64,000 bases of DNA from Paraspadella gotoi (taxonomy: Eukaryota; Animalia; Chaetognatha): contig JBJCIZ010000239.1 of assembly GCA_051294375.1 (NCBI GenBank), forward strand, positions 2,493,476-2,557,475, in the 5' to 3' direction. Under the pieces are notes generated by a model. It saw only the letters and a list, made by a program, of their open reading frames with translations. It was not told the origin of the DNA and searched no databases. The position numbers and the translations under genes are program-made. How positions within the stretch are numbered: the stretch's first letter is position 1; each line of letters begins with the position of its first letter. Positions 1 through 11,297 of this stretch are shown here, in pieces.

Positions 1-1021
1 AGTAGTAGAACGAAGAGATGATGATCGGTTTATTAGAGGAATTTTAATTAGCTAATAAATGTTAAACGGTTGATTGAATACACGATGGTAGGCTGAAAGA
101 TTTTGTTTTCTTTCCAATTTGGGACAATCTTTCGTGATCGAGATAGTGAAAATGGTATAAAGGCGCTGGGGGCTATTATTGAAGTTTGGTTTATTGTTTG
201 TTGTCGAATAGTTTTGTTTTACTGAACGATTGCTTTTCGTCTTTCTCATGCTCATGTCGCTGTTTGAATGTTTGGGTTATTCAATATTTTAAATTAGAAT
301 CAAATATGAAAATTACAAAATTACTTGTTTCATTCGTTTTTTTTTATTTAAAAACTTTTGATATATGGCAAGGGCTTAAAAAGGCTTTTAATTTGTATAC
401 AATATTAATTGGTTATTCAATATATTTTATTTAAACGTCAAAATTCTTTATATAGACAGTTTTTCTGGAATTAGAGAGTATAATTTCTTGGAGGATTTTG
501 AGTTTTTGAGGATTTGTATGGATTATATTAGTTATGTATATTATATATATATTATATAATATTATATTAGTGCTTAAAGTTCAACATTTTTTCATAGTCA
601 TCTTTTCTTTGCACTCATTTCAAGCGCAATTAATAGAAAACTAGATTGGTTCTCCAGAGGCGTTCGAATTTTTGTGGCTTCGAGTTCGAATTCGAAATTC
701 ATCCCCTACTTTCGTGTATTGAATTGTATTGCGTATTCTGTATCCGTCTTATTTCAATTCGGATACTCAATCAATTTTTAAGTTGCCTCGGATTGTCGTG
801 ATCACTGCGTTTGCACTGTTTGTTACATCCGTATTTTATTTTAGAAATTATCGTTGGTACTATTTATGATTTTAAAAGATCATCGTTTTGGTCCATTTAC
901 ATGTTAGGTTCCAGAAGAAATTTTCAAATTCTACTATAGTAGTTATTAACGATTGTTTTTTTTTTCAAACAGGATCATGAGTAAATCTTTAATCCCCGGG
1001 AACAGACGCTGCTCATAAAAA

Positions 1022-2185
1022 ATGGCCGAGTTCGATGTCTTCGTGGGAAACCACGCCATCATAAACTTGGAGATTTACGACCTTTGGCTCCGCGGTCTCA
1101 CACCCGAAGAAGCCGCCGATCGTTTTCTCTCCAACGAAGAATCTTTCCGAAGCGGTTCCGGAACTCGCGACGCCGGTTCTATTCAGGGTCCCCGCTCCAA
1201 GTCGTCCCAGGGCAGTTCCTTTCGCGGTTCCACCGCTCTCGGGTCTTCGATGGCCAGTTTCGTACTGGCCGACGTTTACGACCATTACCGAACTCTGGCC
1301 GTCCTCGAGCGCTTTCTCCAAAATCCCCCCAACCTCGTGGAACAGCTCAATTTTCAGCTGACGGCCCAAACCCAAGCGCTTCTCATTCGCAAATACTACG
1401 AGTACGACGAATCCGTCTTTCGCGAATTCGCCGGGAAAAAACTCTCCATGCGTTCGCGGAACAATTTGGACGACGCCAGCGACCGTCTCAACGTGAGAAC
1501 GAAGAGCTGTCGACGCCAGTTCGACAACGTTAAACGTATTCTCAAGCTGGTGGAAGACATGGACGGTTCCCTCGTGGATAACATCCGATCCAGCTTTCTT
1601 CTGCCCACCGATCTCGCCTCTCAGTACGCCTGCATGGTCTTCGTCATCAACAACCGGTTCGAACTGACGGGGAAGCGAAGACTCAACTACGTCACCTTCG
1701 CCGACATCGTCTTCTGCGCTCGGGAGATGATGACGCGGTGGACGGGCGCCGCCGACGACGGCGACGCCGATTTCGACCGCGAATTTCTCGTCGATCTTCG
1801 CGAATTGAAGACGATGGGGGATCGTGAGTCGCTCGAAGAGCACAAAGGCCTAGTCATGGCGGCGTTGCGGACGAAGACGGAGGAACGAGCCCTCGCCGAT
1901 TTGGAGGCCAACTTCAAGAACTACTCCCGGGCTTTGATCCACATCGCCTACGGACTCAATCACGGCAAAGAGGCCAGAGACCTTTTCGTTGATCTAGTCG
2001 AGAAGATTGTGGAGCCGGCGAAAAACGCGAGATGGATCTACGCGGACTTTGCGCGGTTTTTGAAGACTTACGCCGAGACGGCGTGCTCGGTGGGCGTAAT
2101 CGACGGCAACAACAAATTGACGAGCGTGTTAGAACGATATCTGACCACGGTTATCGCTTGCCTGTTGAGATTGTTTCATAATTGA
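1022..2185 (+). CDS. FIBP: Acidic FGF intracellular-binding protein (FIBP), intronless, 387 aa
   Basis: Single ORF with FIBP-typical segments: DVFVGN..I..EIY.LWL.G, DHYRT...LER.L..P, KKLS...R..LDD.S, KSCRRQFDNVKRI.K.VE and YA..VF..NNRFE..K. Family recognised from memory. Confidence 0.92.
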   Translation: MAEFDVFVGNHAIINLEIYDLWLRGLTPEEAADRFLSNEESFRSGSGTRDAGSIQGPRSKSSQGSSFRGSTALGSSMASFVLADVYDHYRTLAVLERFLQNPPNLVEQLNFQLTAQTQALLIRKYYEYDESVFREFAGKKLSMRSRNNLDDASDRLNVRTKSCRRQFDNVKRILKLVEDMDGSLVDNIRSSFLLPTDLASQYACMVFVINNRFELTGKRRLNYVTFADIVFCAREMMTRWTGAADDGDADFDREFLVDLRELKTMGDRESLEEHKGLVMAALRTKTEERALADLEANFKNYSRALIHIAYGLNHGKEARDLFVDLVEKIVEPAKNARWIYADFARFLKTYAETACSVGVIDGNNKLTSVLERYLTTVIACLLRLFHN

Positions 2186-2249
2186 GGGATACTAATTTAT
2201 TTGCAGGTTTTTAGAAAAGAAAAAAAAAAGGAAACAAAACACTGCCATA

Positions 2250-3346
2250 ATGAGTTTTTTGTTTGGAAAGAGCGGAAAAACGTTTAAACCAAAAAAAGAC
2301 ATCCCTGAAGGGAGTCATCAAGTAAGTCGTTAACATTATCATTAACATTATCTAACATTATCATCTCTATTTCTTTGATACAAACCACGATAATCTCGTA
2401 TTTCCTCCGCTTTCCCTTATCTCAGCATGAACTGCTGCGCCACGCTGCGGCTACGCTTGGAAGCGGCAATCTGCGGCTGGCCGTAGTTTTGCCGCAGGGC
2501 GAAGACCCAGATGAATGGGTTGCCGTCAACACAGTCGATTTCTTTAACCAGATAAACATGCTTTACGGAACCATCACCGAATATTGCACCGACGAAAAAT
2601 GCGCGATAATGTCCGCCGGGCCCAAATACGAGTATCACTGGGCCGACGGCCAACAAGTAAAAAACCTCACTTTATTTCTGATTTTGGCTTGCCCTTTCGG
2701 GGGAGTTACCCTTGCTTTTAAAAAGTTAAATTTTTGTTCTTTAAGATCAAAAAGCCCATTAAGTGTAGCGCCCCGCAATACATCGATTATCTCATGACCT
2801 GGGTTCAAGAACAATTGGATGACGAGACTCTCTTTCCTTCTAAAATTGGTATCGTTTCGCTTTGTTTTGGTTAAAATTCCACTTCGAAGACCATCCCTTG
2901 CGAGAGACATATCTTATTCGATAGGTGTTCCTTTTCCTAAAAACTTCCAAGTCATCGCAAAAACTATATTCAAGCGACTGTTTCGCGTTTACGCTCACAT
3001 TTATCATCACCACTTTGACGAGGTTAAATCTCTTCAGGAGGAAGCGCACCTTAACACTTCTTTCAAACATTTCGTTTATTTTGTCGAGGTAAAATTAGCT
3101 GTTAATATATACGACCTCCCTGACGAGTATAATATTTATTTTATGTGAAATATGATCGAAAAACCTTATCTCATTTCATATTAAATAACAGTAACAGTAA
3201 CTATAGGGAATGGTCGTGTGATTTATATCGGATGTTTAATATGTTACCGCAGTTTAGATTTCGCGATTTATTTTTAGGAGTTCAATTTGGTTGAAAAAAA
3301 GGAACTTTCCCCGTTGTCTGAATTGATTGAACGGATGATGCGCTGA
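2250..3346 (+). CDS. MOB1: MOB kinase activator 1 (Hippo/NDR pathway), 5 coding exons: 2250-2321, 2426-2656, 2746-2848, 2925-3088, 3278-3346
   Basis: Spliced translation [79 protein letters not shown]...[15 protein letters not shown]...[12 protein letters not shown]...ELIERMMR*. All introns are GT-AG and phase-consistent. Confidence 0.95.
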
Positions 3347-4802
3347 CCAAATTGGTAGGTAATTTTTTTTATTTGTGAATTCGTCACTAGTAATTTTTAT
3401 TCCCATTATACATTTTATTCTGATTATTATTTTTCTCAAAATTTAAAAATTAGGATGTAAAATGGTTATTCTATAACAGTACCTTTTTTTTAACAGAAAG
3501 TACGTTTTTTTCAAACCGGTTATCATTACTCTTGCCAGGAACGAGTCGGCATTGACTAATAAAAAATAACAATGCTCTAAAATGAGATCTTTGTGGATCG
3601 TGCTTCACAACATATCCCAAAATTCTATTCTGATGTATATTTTTTCGTAATTACTTTACTCGCTCTTAGCAGCCCTTTTTATAAGTTATTTTTCCGAAAA
3701 TAGATGTAGTTTTTATTTATATGCATTGAATGGTTTTTATCTCGCCAACCGTCCTCGGGCCTTCTTGGGGAAGATCATGGTTTATAAGTGCTTCTTTGTG
3801 ACGTCGCCGTTTCTGTTACTATAGAACACGGATTCTCATAAAAATGTGCAATCATAAAAAGCTTAAAATTTAAAAAAAAATTCATTTTACTTTTTTTTTT
3901 TTTTTTTTTGAAAGCTGCATCTTTATCTTTCATTTTTTTCGGCTAAGATCATTGTTTTTGTTTTTTGTTTTTTTCATGAATTAATTTTTTCTTCGATAGT
4001 AAAGTTTGGCGAGATCACTAATTCACTATGCTTTTAAGATTTTCTGAATTTTATTTCTATCATTGTTCTAAATCCTATTCTTGTTAAAAGTATCCCTGCA
4101 TGAGATTTTTACATTGTTAAAAATTTAAATTTTAGCTCATTTTTTAAAATTTTACTTTTCTATTAAAACGTGGTTTATATCATGGAAAAAAAATTAGTCT
4201 ATTCGCACAAAGTCGCCCGAATGGGTAATGATTAAATGAACATATCCCTGCTTAAAACGTTACGTAATTTATGGCTAAAAATGATGAAAAACAACGATGC
4301 AATTTCCAGAAACTGGCCCTAAACTCCAGAGCGACCAGATAGACATTAGTCTTCCACTTTGGTGAATTGTTTTTCTTAATTTTACTTTATTCTATTTGTG
4401 TCATCTATCTGTGATTTTCAATCGGGCTTTTAGTTTTTTTAAAAAATTCTTTTCAGTTTTTTTTAGCTAAAATTATTCTAAATATAGATGAAGTGCTAAT
4501 TTAAATCCTGTGATAAAAAAAAAATAAGAAATTAACTTTTGTCGACCATTCGTGCCACAAAACTTCGTGATCAATGATTTGGTGACATTAAATCAACGAG
4601 CATATTAGGTAAGATTACACAAGTAGTTACTTTGAATTAGCCTTTGTGACTTTTTAATCAAATATATAAAATTCTATTTGATTTTCTTAGATACGTCCTT
4701 TTCTCAATTTGTCGCCAACGATGAAGCTGAATTAGTCCGTCGGTGCCCGGGACGAGAGACGAAGATCGCGGGTTGTCGCCAACGGCCAAGGATCCCAAGG
4801 TC

Positions 4803-7800
4803 ATGGAAAATTGGCCACCGTCCGTGTCTTCCAACGGGTCTTCCTACGCCACTGTCTCTAGCAGGTTTTGGATATAGGATACGCATTTGTTTTTTATTTG
4901 TTAATTTTCCCCTTTCTTTTTAGCAGCTCAATATTCCTAAACAATAAATAATGAACCGAAGAAAAACGTTTTATACTCAAAAATTCAGCAATATGCAAAT
5001 GAGATAGAATAACTCGATCTCATATAGAACTACAAGTCCATCCCTGATACAGATGGTCGTCGTCGTCGTCTTCTTCGTCCGCCACTAAATCCAAAGTCGG
5101 TGATTCAGAGAAGCGCTATCAATCGTCCTCCACCGTCGCTCTCTCCAATTATCTTTCCAACAAATACTCTTACAAGTCGGCTATCACCGCTGGCACGCAG
5201 CGTCCCACCGCTTCCGGCGAAGGAACTCCGAAAGTTTTCTCCCAAGTGGACCTGCAACAAAGATCCTCTCGAAATTTCCTAGGAACTCACAACAACAACA
5301 AAGAAAATATTAAGTAAGAAAATATTGTTTGTGTTTTAATTCCTGAAATGACAAAAACGGCGATTAATTTTACAATTAAAATTATGTACCGTTTTTGGTT
5401 CACTATTCAAACAGAACTTAAGCAGATTAAATGTTACTGCGGGAATTCTTTTAAATATAATTTTCGCTCGTCACTCCGTTGCACGCAACGATCCCGCTAT
5501 ATCCCACCCAATCCAGCAACTCGTTTCCCAGTAACTCTTCGAACGACGGCCAAGCCCATCAAGCTTCCGCCTCTTGCTCCGCCCTCTTAGTGACCGGATC
5601 AACGGCCCTCCGTAGCGTCAGACGATTTCCCGACTTCGCCATATTCAAACGACGTCAAAAGATCATTAATCAAGTCAAGCTCCAGAGCGAGTACATCAAC
5701 TATCGTCAACAGCTCAAGAGGGAAAAGCGTCGAAAGGGCGATCCGGAGTCGCCGGATGTGTATGAGAATTGCAGCACCAACTCTTTTGCCGTCCAGGTCA
5801 ATTTTTCATTTCTTGGTGATCATTAGTCCGCTATTCAATCGCTCTTCGGTCCCGTCCCCAAGTCGCATTGTTCTTTTTTTTTTCAGGTGGCGATCTGGAA
5901 GCAAATGCTGAGGGAGTACCGTCCGACGTCGAGAGAGAATGGCTCTTCGATGTCAAACGATTCAGGACTCGCCCGCCCCAAATCCGCCTCGCTAATGGGA
6001 ACGCCCCCCGCCGTGGTAGACGCCCAGTCTCAGGAGGTTCGTCCAGTTTTCCCCGTTTTCCACAGCTTCGTTACTTCTAATATTTACGTATTAACACGTA
6101 TTAACACGTATTAATCTTCATTACTTCTCTCCCAGGATCTTCAGGATCGATTCACGAAAATGCTCGCCGTTCAGAACGAAAACGAGGATCCACTGAGCGC
6201 CGGGTCTTTCGTTGAGACTCCAGTTTCGGGACACGGGTCCTCCCTCAACCACGTCTCCAATCACAGCTCAGGATCCAGCGGGTTCGGCAGTGGTGGCGCC
6301 TCTTCTCCAAATTCTTCTTTCGTCACGGCTCCCAATTCCGACGACTCTTCTGGTATTAAATCATCACTTTTTTTTTTTCATGTTTAATAAACCTTGTAAA
6401 CATTGGAGCTGAACGCCGAAATGCCGGGGATCGATTTTGTGTCCGATTGGTCCGATCTTCTATTGCAGGCGGGTCGGGCGATTGGATAAGCGTGGGAGGA
6501 TTCTCCCGTCGCACCTCCAACGAGATCATCTCCCACTCCAAAGCTCCTCCCTCCGGCGCCAAGTCTTCGAACCCTAGTCCATCCGTCTCTTACGCCAACA
6601 GAAATCGTATCAACCAAATGAACAATTGCAGTATTTTCAACAGAAAACCCAACAATCCTCGTTATTTTCATTATCTGGGTAAGATGGCTTTTTTTTCCCC
6701 TGCCGATTGAACTTTATTTTTATTTTGGTTTTGACAGCCGTATTTTAATATTGATTAACTGTGAATTAAATGTTTTTGCTAAAACATTTAATCTCGACAA
6801 AGGATCCGAAGAAGCGCAACTCACCAATTGCGGGAAGAGAAAGAGCGGAGGGTCCAACGGAGGCGGGACGTTACATCGCGGACTTCTCGCCGACGGAACC
6901 AATTACGGCCAGGTGGGTTAATGTATGGCCTGTATATAACTATACATAGTATATACAATATATATAATGTATTACTGTAAGTCAAAAGTCGGTGATGATT
7001 TTCCTCCGTCCCCCAGGCGATGATGAAGAAGGAGAAGAGACGGGAGTCGGATCAAACGACTCTGGCCCGTCGCCAAAAGCAAATCAACATGGGTAAAAAT
7101 ACGCTCGGTTACCAATGCTACTCTGAAATGGTTCCAAGGGAAAAAAGGGCCAAACACGAGCCAAAAACCCCCGATATCTTTCAGGTTGGTTCCTTCTATC
7201 ATGATGTAACTTAATTAAACGTGTACAAACTCAAATAAAAAAAAAGAATATATTTTTCGCGATGATCCAAAAAAGGTCTGCAGCCGACGGTCCTGGGACA
7301 TGCAAGTCAGAATTTGGCGACGCATGCTGCACAAGTACGACCCTCCGGACGCTGGCGACGGATCAAGGTTTTGTCTCGGCTTTAAGGCGGGAGATCGTTG
7401 TTGTCGTCGTCGTCGTTTATTGTCCATGCGGAAAACAGTTGTTCATTCCATCCCAGCAGCCACTCCCTTCAAGACGAGGAAATTGACGACGACATCTTCG
7501 ACGTCAACGACGAAGATTCCGAACTCGGGACCAACTGTTGCGACAACACTTCCTCCCTCGACAGGTCCTCGCCGCCAAGAAACCTTCCTTCTCATTTAAA
7601 GGCAAGTCGTTCGCTAAAACTCTTTTTCATCATATTTTCTACGCATTACTTATCGCTTGACGACGACGAGGAACAAATTTAGTTATTTTGTTTCATTTTC
7701 ACAGACGGAGTCGAGATCTGACGATTTGTTTATCAACAAGTCCTATCCCTTTGCCGCCGCTGCCGCCGCCGCTGCCGCCGCGATGGATCAAAACGAAAAT

Positions 7801-10789
7801 TTTTGCCGAATTAACGATGAATTTAGCGACGTCATGCAGGTGAGTCTGAGGGGGGAAAAAGCAATTTCTCCGTTATCGATCGAGGGTCAGTTTCCTCATA
7901 CGATACGTTTCGTTTTTCACATCAGGACATGGCGAATCATTTGAGCCAGACCTTCCCACGCGGCGGGAACGGCGGCGACGTCGGCGATGGCGCGTCTCTG
8001 AGCGGCGGCGGCGCCGATTTGATGGCGAAGGACAACGCCGCTACGAGTCCCGCGTTGACAGCGGTCGAGGCCGAACAAGACGAAGCGGTGAAAAAGATCC
8101 TCAGGGATCTCCTCGACGATTCCGACGAGGACGACGAAAACGGAAATGACGGAGACAGGTCTTTAAAGCCCTTTCAACAATAATACAGAGAAATTTATGT
8201 TTAATATGCTTACTAACTTTTAAAATACTATTTTATGGCAACGGGGGGGACATGTGTGATGCCTGGGGTGTGAGGCATCTCCCGACAGCTGGCGCTCAGG
8301 CCTTTGGACTTGCAGTGACCACCCCATGTCACTGGCGTGTTTATACCGACACCATCGCACTTTAACTAGCGTGACCGTGAGGGGATTGAACCCTGATTGA
8401 ACTAGTACTTAGCTCTCCAAGCCAATGGGACGAGCTGAGTTTCACCAAGCTATACGGGAGGCGAATTTAGGACTCGCCTCAATTTGCTAATTTTTTTTTT
8501 CAATAAAAAAAATTTCAGAAACGATGAATGGTTGCTCTCTTCCCCCGAACTGGGCGAGGCTCCTTCTTCTAACCAAGATTCGGAAAACAGCTTCTTCGGC
8601 GGAGGCCTGAGCTACGGGAGCGCCGACCAAGAATGCAGCAACCGCGCCCCGCCGCAACTTGCCACATTTTCGTCCCCGCCACCTATTTTTTCAACCCCAT
8701 GCAGGTACTAATAGAGGTGGATCGGCTTTTTTTTTTTTCGTCTCTGCCTTTGGTTTTCATTTCCTTATTTTCTCCCCGGTTAACTTTCAGGTACAACAGC
8801 AACAGCAACGGATCCGCCAAAAGGACTTTCGGAGTTGCCTTAGATTTTTCCGGTCTTTTCCCGAGCGGCGGTGGTGGAGGCTTCGGTTCAAAGAGCAAAG
8901 AAGGAGAATCAGATTCTGGATTGTGGAGTAATCCGTCGGGTAAGCGCCAAGAACTATTTCTGGCAAGCATCATGTATCTTCCTAAATTGCTTAAACGGAC
9001 CAATCTCGTTACTCTTCCGATATCCCGACAGAAACGGAATATTCCGCCATGAGCTCGACCCGTTCCAAAGAGGATCCTAGCTTCGAGGAACTTTGCGAGC
9101 AGACGCGAAAGTTCGAAGAGGCCAGGGTCGTATCTGCCACCCCGACGCCGGCGCCCGTGGACGAAAATACGCAGACGTCGTGGGCGGGATTCGACGGAGC
9201 TTGCTCCAATTTCGTCGTCAGCGACGACGGCAACGAGGTTAATTTACTTGACGTTTTCGTATTTCAATAAACTCCTTTTTTCTGTTGCCTTTAAATCTAA
9301 GATTTTAATCTTTAATTCCTTCCCATTTTCTCCCCTTCAGCGTCTAACCGTTTCCTCATCTTCTGCCTCCAAGCCTGCGCTCTCCTTCGTCAACGCGTTT
9401 ACGGCCCCGCCCCCAGTCACGCCTTCACCCGTGGCGGCGTCCGCTCGGCCGACGGAATCCGTTCGTGATCCCTGGCGCTCTATTCGGGCGCCGACGTCGG
9501 TTGCCGTTCTCAATAGGAGCGTCGCGCCCCCAAGAGTCAAGCTCGACTGTGATATGAAAACTGTCAACGCGTGTTACTTAGCCAACAATAATCATAGCAA
9601 CAAAAATCCCAATAACAATTCTCTCCCGACCAAAAAAACTGGCGTCGACGCCGGCTTCGCTCAGCCCAACAATTCTTTCGGGTTAGAATAAAATAAAATA
9701 ATATGAAGAATAAAATAAATAAAATGGAATAACATCCAATACGATTTTTCCCTAAAAATCTCAGCTAATTCTTGTTTAGAATGAATTATATTAAAATCAA
9801 CCTTATTTATGTTCGGTTTTTTTTTTTTTCGTCACATCAGACCATTCAACGTGGCGCCACCTCCCTGTCCCGTGATACAGTCAGGCCCCCAGTGCGTTTT
9901 GACGTCGATCGGATCTCAGGCGCCCTTGAATAAGACGGGGTTTCCGGGTCCGACTCTTCTACCGTCACAGATCCCTCACGGAACGGCGCCCTTTCTGCTT
10001 ACTATCCCGCCTCCGAGCTATAAGGCGAACGCCATCATCGGCCCCCTCTCCGCCTCCACCGCCGCTTTGACGACGCGTCCTCCCCCGTCGCTGCCCAACG
10101 TGCAGCAGCATCCGCCGCAGCAGGTTGATTTTCAAAAATATAATCATCACAATTCACATGCACTGGACACTATTTCGATTAATGCGGCAGCGAGATAGTG
10201 GGGGGAATCTCATTTTGGTCAGTTGTATCTCTCTCTCTCTCTCGACCTTTAAAAATTAAAAATTAACCAGAATACATGGTCAAAGAAATTAATATCATTT
10301 ATGTAATATGTACTAGTTTTTGACAACAAATTTATTTTTCATTATTTTAAGGAGTGTAACGAAAATTAGTTTTTGAACAACAATTCATTATTAAAACGGA
10401 CATGTTTCGGCTTGCAAGTTCAAGCCTTCATCGGCGTTTACAGTAACATGTAATATGTACTATATTGTTTGCTACAGTTCCAACCTCGAAACAACCAGAT
10501 AATGCATCTGCACTCGAGGAGCCATACTTTTCCGATGGCACAGCAAAAGCCCTTCGCCGTCTCCACCTCCGCCGGCTCCTCCGCAGCCGCCGCCCTCAAC
10601 ATCCAAATCCACGTCGATTCCGGGCTCAAGACGGAGGACGGCCTCAGCAAGGCCGAGAAGAATATTCTTCACAGACAATCATTTCGAAACCCTTCCCCTC
10701 CCCGTCCGATTCTCAACACCGGACTCAAGAAGGTTTCACCCAACGACGGAAAACGTCCCAGCGTCCAAGGCACCTCTTTGCCTTTGTGA
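4803..10789 (+). CDS. SLBP: Large SLBP-like protein (histone mRNA stem-loop binding), about 18 exons and 1,180 aa, with two SLBP RNA-binding domains and long low-complexity regions
   Basis: Canonical domain at 7017-7367: LARRQKQINMGKNTLGYQCY..VPREKR...PKTPDIFQ|VCSRRSWDMQVRIWRRMLHKYDP. Divergent domain at ~5630-5925: FKRRQKIINQVKLQSEYINY...PESPDVYENCSTNSFAVQ|VAIWKQMLREY. Exons join in phase from ATG 4803 to TGA 10789, using one GC-AG intron at 7602. Confidence 0.8.
8241..8462 (-). mobile_element. tRNA-derived SINE-like element (family S1) in an SLBP intron
   Basis: Minus strand has a Pol III B box (GGTTCAATCCC). A 20-nt segment CAGTGACATGGGGTGGTCAC (8315-8334) is identical to 32188-32207, and a similar GCC(T)TGAGCGCC motif follows in both copies. 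Confidence 0.55.
10394..10439 (-). ncRNA. Minimal type I hammerhead ribozyme motif (Penelope-like/retrozyme type), U4C core variant
   Basis: Minus strand reads AAACG-CCGATGA-A-GGCTTG-AACTTG-CAAGCC-GAAA-CAT-GTC-CGTTT. This gives stem I AAACG/CGTTT, stem II GGCTTG/CAAGCC, a palindromic ACATGT stem III and a GUC cleavage triplet. Confidence 0.6.
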
Positions 10790-11297
10790 GCGTTGCTTTC
10801 TTAGAAAATATACATATATAATATCATCTCTCTAAAGATTTAACGATAAGTTTTAATCGATCGCTAAGATTTTATCGCTTTATTCTTACCGCGAGTTAAA
10901 CCAGTCGGTGTTCATACGGTTCCCCCCCCCCAAAAAAAAGTAGGTTTTCACTTTCTCAATACCCAATAAACTCTCAATCATAGGGTAGGAACTTATTAAG
11001 TTCGTCATTCGGCCCTGCCTTGATTTAATTTCCTCCTGCGCTTATGTATATCGTTTAATACCGTCGTCTTCGTTTATCGCGAGTTTAGATCAGGCCGTTT
11101 TAGATTTGAGTGTAGATAATCCCTGTTGTAAGGGTTTTTTTTGAATAGTGTGTCTGTATGTGTGTGTATGTATGACGTATGTCACTGAACGACATTCGAC
11201 CATTTTTTAAATTAATTGGTCTCCTATTATTCGCTCAAAATCACCCTAAGTTGTAGTTCATTCAAATAGCGATGTCGCCGGCGATTCACGCAGGTGT

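Noticed and set aside
52-434. Short ORFs at the window start
   Set aside because: AT-rich, no recognisable motifs and no consistent splice model.
1013-1843. 276-aa minus-strand ORF
   Set aside because: Antisense shadow of the GC-rich FIBP coding sequence.
2183-2252. FIBP-MOB1 fusion by stop-codon readthrough
   Set aside because: The MOB1 ATG is in a different frame from FIBP.
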